Origin: Promethearchaeota archaeon
GTDB taxonomy: Archaea > Asgardarchaeota > Lokiarchaeia > Sigyniarchaeales > SOKP01
Assembly: GCA_016839555.1 (NCBI GenBank)
Contig: JAEOUA010000010.1
Location: 288,001 to 352,000 of the forward strand
Direction of reading: 5' to 3'
Length of the DNA stretch: 64,000 bases
In this document: positions 1 through 8,734 of the stretch, in pieces
Position numbering within the stretch: position 1 is the first letter of the stretch
Layout: each line of letters begins with the position of its first letter
Program-made: the position numbers and the translations under genes
Notes under the pieces: model-generated
Told to the model about the DNA's origin: nothing
The model's database searches: none
What the model saw: only the letters and a program-made list of their open reading frames with translations

Positions 1-1165
1 GGAAGGTTTCTTCCGGTGTTAAAAGCCCCTTTTTGGAAACCTTTCCTTCGAGTAGCATGCGGGCACCTATAGCTAGAGATACTCCTGTTCTACCCGCCAT
101 TTCACCATATGGTTCACGAAGCAACGCAACTCCCACTTTTTTTCTCTTTCCGTTTCGCGTGCCAATGGCGATTACAGATTCCGTGGGGGGTCCTCCATAA
201 AATTCTTTTAATAATTCACGATTCTTTCCGGTTAAAGCGGATTCCTCTATTTTAGCTAAGGCATTATTTAACTTAAAAGCAGCTTCCTCGAAACTAAGCT
301 CTTTATTTTTGATTTTATCACAATATTGACGGAGAATTTCTGTTGCGGACTCACCTAATCGCATTAAATTTGATACATTATTTGTTTTTATAGTTCTATA
401 GAGGGTTACAGGTTCGGGATGACCTATATGACAAGCATATACATCTTTATAGCCAGGAAATGCGAATCTTTCGGCAGGGGTAAGGGCCTCGATTTTAATT
501 AATTTACCATCTTTATAGGTGGGTATATTACCAAAACTTTGATTCAATAAATGCATAATAGCAGCATTGGGTTTATTTGGTATATTAAGGCCACCGTATA
601 CTCCTTTCTGTAATCCTAATTTTTTACGCAATTCTTCTGGTTTAACATAATATTTAGGTTTTCTTCCTTCTTTTCTATTAATATAATAACCCCACGAGGT
701 AATAATTTCATCTATAGTATCTAATTTTGAACAAGCTCTAACAGCAAGAAGATTTAGGATACCCGGGCTAGCTCCCATTCCAATAAGTGCTGTAATACCT
801 GCATTTTTTACTTTATCACCTAATTTGAGCGCATCTAATGTTGGTTTAGCATCATCACAAAGGTCAATGATTGATTTTTTCGCTTTTATCGCTGCTTCTA
901 AAATGGGAATTTCAAATTTGGAAAAAGGACCAACACAGTTAGTAATAAAATCATGTTCTGACATAATTGAAAGTAATTTTTCTGTGTCTAATACATCTAA
1001 TTGGATTGCAGATAATTTAGGAGAATCAACCAAATCAACAAAATTAGAAGCAAGATCATAATTTATGTCTGCTACGGTTATTGATGATATCTGAGCCGAT
1101 TCCAGTAAAATAGCTACGGCCATTCTTCCCATATCTCCTGCTCCTCCTAAAGCTAAGATTTTCAT
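1..1165 (-). CDS. Saccharopine dehydrogenase-like NAD(P)-binding oxidoreductase (3' end runs off the window)
   Basis: Not in ORF track. Manual translation from ATG at 1165: MKILALGGAGDMGRMAV (Rossmann)...NCVGPF...IDLCDD...GMGASPG...GHPEPVT, open to the window edge. Confidence 0.85.
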   Translation of the reverse strand, partial: MKILALGGAGDMGRMAVAILLESAQISSITVADINYDLASNFVDLVDSPKLSAIQLDVLDTEKLLSIMSEHDFITNCVGPFSKFEIPILEAAIKAKKSIIDLCDDAKPTLDALKLGDKVKNAGITALIGMGASPGILNLLAVRACSKLDTIDEIITSWGYYINRKEGRKPKYYVKPEELRKKLGLQKGVYGGLNIPNKPNAAIMHLLNQSFGNIPTYKDGKLIKIEALTPAERFAFPGYKDVYACHIGHPEPVTLYRTIKTNNVSNLMRLGESATEILRQYCDKIKNKELSFEEAAFKLNNALAKIEESALTGKNRELLKEFYGGPPTESVIAIGTRNGKRKKVGVALLREPYGEMAGRTGVSLAIGARMLLEGKVSKKGLLTPEETF

Positions 1166-1467
1166 TTTTTCTTTCAACATTATCAATTTTGATATTCAAA
1201 TTGATTAAATAATAATTAAATCGAAGATAATAAAATAATTTTCTTTTAGTAACTTTTGCTATAGAGTGAATCAGGCTAAAATAAAGGAGAAAGAGAAACA
1301 TGTATTTATATATCATCAAAAATTTGCTAAAAGGCTATGGTCTTTGAAAGAGCGTTTTGCTTCAGATTTTGAAAAGATTAAATATTCTTACCAAACTCTT
1401 TCATATTTGAGATTTATAATATATAGTTAAAAATTAAATTAAAAAAACTATAAGATGTTAAGATTTT

Positions 1468-1719
1468 TTAATATTGATCTTTAGTTTTTTTAAGTAAATA
1501 GATGACTGCAGTTCCTATTATTATAGTTAATGCTATAATTGGAATGCCATTGATGCTACTCACTTTTCCGCCATTACCATCATTATCGTCATCTCCATTA
1601 GAATCTGGCAATAGGGCGCTTGAGATGGTGATATTATAATACAGATTAATTTCATAGGGATAAACAAATATATAATAAGCACCAGCAGTGTTACTATTAT
1701 AAACAATCTGATCTTGAAA
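1468..1719 (-). pseudogene. Start-less C-terminal remnant of a cell-surface protein (beta-strand segment, acidic linker, TM anchor, basic tail)
   Basis: Manual translation FQDQIVYNSNTAGAYYIFVYPYEINLYYNITISSALLPDSNGDDDNDGNGGKVSSINGIPIIALTIIIGTAVIYLLKKTKDQY*. No ATG between it and the upstream in-frame stop. Confidence 0.6.
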
Positions 1720-1868
1720 ATAAAAGCAATTAAAACTACTAAAGAACTTAATACTAATAGTTTTTTAAATTAATTAATAAGTTTGGATAAGATATTTATA
1801 TTGCTTAATTTAATATTTATAAAACAAAATCATATTAAATCTGATTAAAAAATAATAGATGAATAAAA

Positions 1869-3149
1869 ATGAGTGAAAAACTTCCACGAAATATTGCGGT
1901 AAGCGTTGGCTTATTATCTTTAGCTGGACAAATTGCTTGGGCTGTTGAAAATCAATTTTATAATGATTTCATAGATGAAGCACTTGTAAGTTTAGGAGCT
2001 CCTACATTGGTACCCCTTGCAATAACATTAATGGTCAATATTACAACTACAGTCGGTACTATCGCAGCAATCATAATGGGATCTTATAGTGATGTGAAAG
2101 GAAAAAGAAAACCACTACTCCTTTATGGGTTTATTTTTTGGGCAATAACAACAGCAATTTTTCCGCTATCAGCATTTTTTGGCTTTATAGGAGTGTATTT
2201 TGTTATATTTATTGCTATTTTATTCGATTCAATTATGACATTCTTTGGATCGACCACCTTGAATGCGGGGTTTAACGCATATGTAACCGATGTTACAACC
2301 TTAAAAAATCGAAGTAAAGCGATGAGTATTGCTCAAATTACCACCCTCGCGGCATTATTGATTGTTTATGGGGCTCTAGGAATTCTCATAGAGGTTATTG
2401 GTTATTATAATTTTTTTATCTTTGTAGGATTCCTAACAGGATTAATAGGTCTACTAGGAGTATATAAGACAAAAGAGCCTCAAGAACTTGAACCAATGAA
2501 TATTACTGTTATTGAACACATAAAAAATACGTTTGAAAAGAAGTCGACAGTGGATTACAAAAATTTCTTCTTAGTTCTTATAGTAATTTGTTCTTGGCAA
2601 ATAGCTTTGAATATTATGTTTCCATATTTAATAATATATCTTAAATATACTATGGGAAGCCGGACTTCAGCATTAATTATATTATTTATAGCACTTTTGG
2701 TTGCAATAATTCTTTCATACCCGCTCGGAAAAATTACGAATAAACTCGGGAGGAAAAAAATGACGTTAATTTCAACTCTTCTGTTTAGCTTAGGATTATT
2801 TTTAGTTGGAATATGTCAGTCATTAATCCCTCTTTTAATTTCTGGAATCTTTGCATTTGTTTTTTACACAGCGCTGTCTATAGCAACTTTCACTTGGGTA
2901 AAAGATTTATATCCACCAGAGGGAAGAGGACAATTTAGCGGATACTGGAATCTCTTTTCTGGTACCATTCCAATGATCATCGGGCCTATAATTGGAGGCT
3001 TTTTAGTGAGTATATTTGGAACACTAAGAGTAGAAGAAATTGGACGAACGGTATTAGTTCCACCAGACATGATATTCTATGCAGCAGCATTATTCGCGTT
3101 AATAACATTAATCCCATTGATATTTGCAAAAGAAATAAAAACTGAATAG
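1869..3149 (+). CDS. MFS transporter (sugar/GPH-like)
   Basis: About 12 hydrophobic segments; GSYSDVKGKRK and GKITNKLGRKK MFS loop motifs. Confidence 0.85.
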   Translation: MSEKLPRNIAVSVGLLSLAGQIAWAVENQFYNDFIDEALVSLGAPTLVPLAITLMVNITTTVGTIAAIIMGSYSDVKGKRKPLLLYGFIFWAITTAIFPLSAFFGFIGVYFVIFIAILFDSIMTFFGSTTLNAGFNAYVTDVTTLKNRSKAMSIAQITTLAALLIVYGALGILIEVIGYYNFFIFVGFLTGLIGLLGVYKTKEPQELEPMNITVIEHIKNTFEKKSTVDYKNFFLVLIVICSWQIALNIMFPYLIIYLKYTMGSRTSALIILFIALLVAIILSYPLGKITNKLGRKKMTLISTLLFSLGLFLVGICQSLIPLLISGIFAFVFYTALSIATFTWVKDLYPPEGRGQFSGYWNLFSGTIPMIIGPIIGGFLVSIFGTLRVEEIGRTVLVPPDMIFYAAALFALITLIPLIFAKEIKTE

Positions 3150-3214
3150 AAAATAGCTGGAATTTACACCTAGAAGGACTAAAGTTAGAAGATATTAAAT
3201 AATTCAAAATTAGA

Positions 3215-4444
3215 TTAATTTTTCTTACTTGGTACTTTTGGTAATTCTCTCTTTTTTTTTTCTTGGGAAGAGGTTTCCTCTTTAGGTACATTATTCTGTG
3301 TAGCTTCACTATCAGAATGTTTTAAGATTTCGATTGCATCAATACATTTTTCCTTTTCATTGAAATAAATTCTAAAGAGGTGGTTTTTTAAGGAAATCAT
3401 TTCTTTGGGAATTTTTTCAACCAAAGCCCATTGTTGTTCCTCTTGCTGCTCACCAAATACTTCTGCTTTTTTAGAAACGGTTCCGTAAAGATTTTGACCA
3501 ACAATTAAATTTTGCCTCTTATAATTCTTGGGAGGTGCTATTTCTAATATTCTGTCTTTTATTGGTTTATCATTATCGGGTAAATTAATCGTAGTTCTTT
3601 CAATTTCTGATTTTTTAATTGAATTATTTTCATATTTTAATATTTCTATTCCTTCAATTATTCCTTTATTATTATAAAAATAGATTCTAACGCGATAATT
3701 TTTTAATTCATAAATACCTTCTGGGAGTTTAGATACTTTTTCCCATATTGTTTCTTCAATACGTTGACCAAATACATTTGTTACTTTAAGTATTTCGCCA
3801 TAAAGATCTTGATTTATTATAAGATTTTGTCGCTGATATCCCTCAGGCAGTTTTAATTTTACTATTTTATCTATTATTTGTTTTGGATTAATTCTTAAGG
3901 GTCTCTTATAACCTCGTGGTCTCTCACTTTGATATGTAGTTATTGGGGTAATCCCTTTTCCAGATCTTTTTAATTCTTCCAGTGCAGGGGAATAATATTC
4001 TTCTGTTTCTGCTGAAATTGTACTCTCTGAACTTTCTACTACTCTTCCCATTAAGTTAGAGGGAGCTTTATCAATATTTCTTACATAATGCATATCTGCA
4101 AGTTTCTCAGTAACTTCCATTGATTCTAAATTAAAAGATTTTAAAAATTCCTCTGGTTCATCTCCTTGATCTACTGAAACTATTTTACACCGATGAAAGG
4201 CGGCCTCTTTGACAAGTTCATCCTGGATTTTAGATGCCACACGCGAACTTATGAATCTTTTCCTTACAGGTGATTTCGCTCCTTTCCAAATATAAATCCT
4301 TCTTATTTCCTCTTTTACAATAACGAAAACCTGCTCAGGATCTAGGATATTCTGAAGATCTGGCTCGTCTGTATCCAATCGCTGTCTCTCTCCATTTGGT
4401 AATAATTCAAAAACCATGAAATTCTCATATTCAGATTGCGTCAT
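3215..4444 (-). CDS. Gelsolin-domain protein with two tandem copies of an ~80-aa unknown domain
   Basis: N-terminal LDPEQVFVIV..IYIWKGAKS..KRF..VDQGDEPEEF matches the gelsolin repeat pattern; internal repeat at aa 190-270 and 295-375. Confidence 0.75.
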   Translation of the reverse strand: MTQSEYENFMVFELLPNGERQRLDTDEPDLQNILDPEQVFVIVKEEIRRIYIWKGAKSPVRKRFISSRVASKIQDELVKEAAFHRCKIVSVDQGDEPEEFLKSFNLESMEVTEKLADMHYVRNIDKAPSNLMGRVVESSESTISAETEEYYSPALEELKRSGKGITPITTYQSERPRGYKRPLRINPKQIIDKIVKLKLPEGYQRQNLIINQDLYGEILKVTNVFGQRIEETIWEKVSKLPEGIYELKNYRVRIYFYNNKGIIEGIEILKYENNSIKKSEIERTTINLPDNDKPIKDRILEIAPPKNYKRQNLIVGQNLYGTVSKKAEVFGEQQEEQQWALVEKIPKEMISLKNHLFRIYFNEKEKCIDAIEILKHSDSEATQNNVPKEETSSQEKKKRELPKVPSKKN

Positions 4445-4579
4445 ATTTAGATTGAGTCAGTTATTTTTTTCTTCAAAATTAATATTAAAATACGATTATA
4501 AAAGTTTTATTAAATCAGAATGACCATAAATTATAGAAAGAAATCTTTTAATTAATAAAATGCTTTAATTAATATAATT

Positions 4580-5380
4580 ATGTCTAAGATTGTCGATCTA
4601 CTAAAACTTAAAGACTATATAACTCTTACTGGAACTACCCTCGGGTTAATTACAGTAATAATAGTAACTCTCGGCGGGAGGACCTTAGTCTCCTTGGGTT
4701 TTTTCCTATTAGCATTTACATTTGGTACAGATTTGCTTGATGGGTATGTGGCTCGAAAAACGGGAACTGTAAATGAAATTGGAAAGGAATTAGACTCCTT
4801 AAACGATTCTTTAACATTTGGTATCGCACCTTCAGTATTAACATTTCAAGCTTTCAAGATAGGGACTATCTACGATTATTTTTTAATTTTTGCTTGTGTG
4901 CTTTTCGCATTGGGGGCAATATTGCGATTAGCAAGATTTAATATATCCAAGATAAAAGGATATACCGGTATACCAACACCGTTAAGTGGACTCGCGATTT
5001 TAGCTTTTTTTTATGCTAATTATTTTTTTGCTGTAGCGACTAGTGAAATAGGAGGAACTTTAGATTTTCCCTTCTTTTCAAACATACTAATTATTATCAT
5101 TATGATTTTTTTGGCTTGGTCTAATATAACACTTCATATTGTTTTTGAGAAAGAAAAGGATAAAAAGGTTTATTTTACCTTTTTGATTTTCGCTCCTTTA
5201 TGCCCGGTTTTCGCGATAATTGGTATCTTAAATCCTGATTTTATTATTGCTTCAATAGTGAGTATCCTCTTTTTTGTGTTTGAGTCTCTCATAATAGGAT
5301 ATATTCTTATTAGTTTCATTAGAACACAATTAAAAAAAGCTAAGAAAGCTGAAATTCAAGATTCAGTATCAGAAATTTAA
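4580..5380 (+). CDS. pssA: CDP-alcohol phosphatidyltransferase, archaetidylserine/phosphatidylserine synthase-like
   Basis: DLLDGYVARKTG..GKELDSLND signature; LRLARFN and GIPTP motifs typical of PssA type II. Confidence 0.8.
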   Translation: MSKIVDLLKLKDYITLTGTTLGLITVIIVTLGGRTLVSLGFFLLAFTFGTDLLDGYVARKTGTVNEIGKELDSLNDSLTFGIAPSVLTFQAFKIGTIYDYFLIFACVLFALGAILRLARFNISKIKGYTGIPTPLSGLAILAFFYANYFFAVATSEIGGTLDFPFFSNILIIIIMIFLAWSNITLHIVFEKEKDKKVYFTFLIFAPLCPVFAIIGILNPDFIIASIVSILFFVFESLIIGYILISFIRTQLKKAKKAEIQDSVSEI

Positions 5381-5621
5381 TTAAGATCTTCTTTTTTTCA
5401 ATAAAAATATGAAATCTAATATTTATAGATCTTTTTATTAGAATTACTAAGATTTAAAACATCTTTCTTTAATTGTTACCTCTATATCTAATATTAGCAA
5501 TCATGGTTTTTCAACTAAAAGCAAAAATATTTAAAAGAAAATAATTCTTAAATTAATAATGAAATTCATTTTTTTCATCTGAAAAAAGTGAAAACCCTTT
5601 CTATTTTTAGCGGCGAAATCT

Positions 5622-6599
5622 ATGCAAGATTATAATAATATTCTCAATGATTTAAATAAAGTATTTATCCCATGTAGAACAGTTTTAGAGATGGAGGCAC
5701 TTATATCTGTCTATTTGATAGATCATAATTATGAGCATATTAAAGAAGTTCCTCAATCTCGACCATCAAGTGAAAATTTGATTAATATTTTAGGTATAAC
5801 AGACAACGCTTTATATATGGATATCATCGAACATTTTATTAATTATGCCATTCCGAAGCTAAAACCAATTGTAACTTATGCTAGAGATAATTATGATAGA
5901 ATTCGCATGGGAAATATTATTCCTTATTCGAAAGCTCGTGTATGTGTATATCTTGCATTACATCAATTAAAATTAAAATTTCTAATAATTAAAAGCATTA
6001 TGGATAAATTTAAAGAAAAGATCATCTCTGATACAGAATCTATTTCAAATAAAAAAGAGGATAAATCAAATTCATATCTCTTAATGTTTGCTGAAGAATA
6101 TTATCTTAAAAACAAAATGAACTTAATTATCATGTTCCCAAAGAGTAAAGCTTCTGAGAGAGTTAAAAAACTACTAAATAATCAAGATTCAATTACCGGA
6201 GAAAAATTACTTGATATGGCGAGCTCTCGGGAGTTTTTCGACAAAGAAAATATAATTAAATTTATCATGAGAGAAATAAAAGCATCAGTATTTGTATGTA
6301 AATTAATGTTTGCAAAGATGGATCTTTCTAATCCTTTTTCTAGAAATGAAGAAACTATGATTGATGCAGAAAATATTATGCTCAGTAATGATTTTATTCC
6401 AGAATTAATCCCTGCAAGCTGTAAGAATTTAGATAAGGGAAATATTAAGCAATTTAACAGCTGCATAAATGCATTTAATTTTTTATTGGAGAAAGTACTC
6501 GTAGGAATTAATAGAGCTATAGATATTGCTTCTCGAGGTCAAATTCAAATAGGACTATATGAACCGATCTATTATACTGGAAATATTTTGTCAATATGA
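5622..6599 (+). CDS. Hypothetical protein (predicted mostly helical)
   Basis: 325-aa ORF with no recognisable motif. Confidence 0.6.
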   Translation: MQDYNNILNDLNKVFIPCRTVLEMEALISVYLIDHNYEHIKEVPQSRPSSENLINILGITDNALYMDIIEHFINYAIPKLKPIVTYARDNYDRIRMGNIIPYSKARVCVYLALHQLKLKFLIIKSIMDKFKEKIISDTESISNKKEDKSNSYLLMFAEEYYLKNKMNLIIMFPKSKASERVKKLLNNQDSITGEKLLDMASSREFFDKENIIKFIMREIKASVFVCKLMFAKMDLSNPFSRNEETMIDAENIMLSNDFIPELIPASCKNLDKGNIKQFNSCINAFNFLLEKVLVGINRAIDIASRGQIQIGLYEPIYYTGNILSI

Positions 6600-6630
6600 A
6601 TTCTTAAAATTATATTAATAAGAATTTTAG

Positions 6631-8478
6631 TTATAAGAGCTTTTCTTTCCATATTCCAATATTTTCAATAATTTCCTCAATATCTTGCTGACTCAGTTTT
6701 GCTTTCTGTTTTTGAAAACGATCAATAAATTCACGTATATGATGGAGTGTTACAGAAAAACCCCGTTTTTCCAACACTAGGTCTGCAATTTTATCTAAGC
6801 CTTCTGCAAATTCGATTCCTGTGAATTCAGATAGCTTCTTTATAAAATCATTAAAAGTATTATTTAAGAGTATTCCTACTTCAGTTAATTGATCTTCATT
6901 TAGAGGAGTAGGTATCCTGATTTCTCTTTTCTCTGGCATTTCGCGTTTTTGTATTTCTGGTTGAATGGATTTCTTAAGGATTTGCGATTGAGGTTCTTTA
7001 GATGGAGGTATAATTTCTTTCTCTTTTATACCTGCTTTACCAAATTCACCTTCGGCAAGATTCCATAAATTATTAAAAGCTTTATAGATTGTATCTATAA
7101 TTTTGTGATTATTTGTACCAATACCAATAAAATTACTTAATTCATCCTCTATTTCAGGTTTTAATATTCCTAATGCTACACAATTTTTATCAGATCCAAC
7201 ACCAATAAATTGCTCATTTTCGAGATTTCGAAATTCTAAGCCATTTATTTGCTTAAATTGCCTTACTTTACTATTTACATGTGGATCTGAGGAAATCAAT
7301 CGAATTCTAAGATTTTTTGAAGCCTCACTGAATACTTCAACTGGTAAAAAATCTTTTAATTTTGGAACTATTATAAATAATTGATCTTCAGAATTTTGAA
7401 CTGCAGCAATTATTTCCTCATTAATTCGAGTAGCACTATGAATCACCCATACTTCTTTTGTTTTAAGCATCTCTGGCTTATAGATTGATTCCATAAAGTC
7501 AGAAAGCACCTTCATAACAGGTTTATTTAAACTTGAAATTTGATCAAGGGATGACCCTACAATGTTAGAAATATTTTCAAAAATTGTTTTTTCTAAATTT
7601 TTTAAATTTGGGTTAAAATTTTCATTCTTTTCTTTTATTAAATTAGAAAGATCATTTATTTTTTTTTCGAAGTTATAAATTAAATCCAGTAAGATTGTTT
7701 TAAAATCATTTTTATTTTGAATAATGGTATTTATATAGGGATCTAAAGCAAATTTATCAAATTCTTGTTTAATGAGTCCTTCAACAGAAATTAGAAAATT
7801 ATGTTTCACTTCATCTAATTCTGTTTTGAACATTTCCTCAATTATTGTGATGACTAATTCTTTATCTTTTTCTTTTTTCATTTCTAAAGTTTCTATTCGT
7901 TCTGTTATCTTCTTCTTCAAATTAGAGATATTTTCTATGAGATCAGAGAAATGAGTCTTAGTTATTTTATTTATACTTTGATGAAGGTTATCTACTTGAG
8001 GTTTAATCTTTGTAATAGTTTCAAAACTTTCAGCAATATCTTCAGCATCTTTTCTCTCTAATAAAGTAGTTTCTTCAAAATCTTTAAAAATAGTTTTAAT
8101 TTGTTGTTCAAGATCTTTTAAATTGATTTTGGTATTTTGTTGAAAAGTTATTTCTAATGAATTTTTTATTAATTTTTGAATTTGATCTTGGATTCGAGTG
8201 AAATTTTTGCCAATATTATTAAAGTAAGATACTATTGGTGAGAAAGGAGGTATTGCTAAATATTCTGTACCAAGAGTAATATCTTTGTTTTCATTTTTAA
8301 TTACTAAATTGATATTTACAAGTTCATTAAGATATTGAGAAAATTGTTCATCACTAATTTCAGGCATAATCGATCGCAATTCATAATACGTTAAAAAAGA
8401 GTAGGGAAGTGCTTCTGAATAAATTTTAATTGCCCCATCAGATAATTTCAATTGAGATAAAAATTTTTTAAGAGACAT
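6631..8478 (-). CDS. TrmB-like wHTH, long coiled coil, PLD-like effector domain and C-terminal helical domain
   Basis: N-terminal LSQLKLS..AIKIY..LVNINLV..YLAIPPF (TrmB pattern); heptad-rich middle; 'SEDQLFIIVP..LRIRLISS' PLD-fold-like segment. Confidence 0.65.
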   Translation of the reverse strand: MSLKKFLSQLKLSDGAIKIYSEALPYSFLTYYELRSIMPEISDEQFSQYLNELVNINLVIKNENKDITLGTEYLAIPPFSPIVSYFNNIGKNFTRIQDQIQKLIKNSLEITFQQNTKINLKDLEQQIKTIFKDFEETTLLERKDAEDIAESFETITKIKPQVDNLHQSINKITKTHFSDLIENISNLKKKITERIETLEMKKEKDKELVITIIEEMFKTELDEVKHNFLISVEGLIKQEFDKFALDPYINTIIQNKNDFKTILLDLIYNFEKKINDLSNLIKEKNENFNPNLKNLEKTIFENISNIVGSSLDQISSLNKPVMKVLSDFMESIYKPEMLKTKEVWVIHSATRINEEIIAAVQNSEDQLFIIVPKLKDFLPVEVFSEASKNLRIRLISSDPHVNSKVRQFKQINGLEFRNLENEQFIGVGSDKNCVALGILKPEIEDELSNFIGIGTNNHKIIDTIYKAFNNLWNLAEGEFGKAGIKEKEIIPPSKEPQSQILKKSIQPEIQKREMPEKREIRIPTPLNEDQLTEVGILLNNTFNDFIKKLSEFTGIEFAEGLDKIADLVLEKRGFSVTLHHIREFIDRFQKQKAKLSQQDIEEIIENIGIWKEKLL

Positions 8479-8734
8479 GTTATGAAGTTATAATTTTTAA
8501 GTTTATTATATAAAGATATTATAGTTATGAATTTATAATTATTAACTTTACTATATAAAAAGTTATTATTAAAGGATTGTATTTTGTTTTATAAGATATG
8601 ATATATTACGAAATAATTAAAAATAAATAAGAATTTAATCTCATTCTATACAAAGAATATATTAAAGATATATCTTATATATCATATCTTTTAAATTTGA
8701 AAAAAATTCTTGATTTTATGGACAAATTATTATT

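Noticed and set aside
825-1319. Track ORFs 825-1061(+) and 1056-1319(-)
   Set aside because: They overlap the real saccharopine-dehydrogenase-like gene (1-1165, minus strand) in antisense or an alternative frame and show no protein-like motifs.
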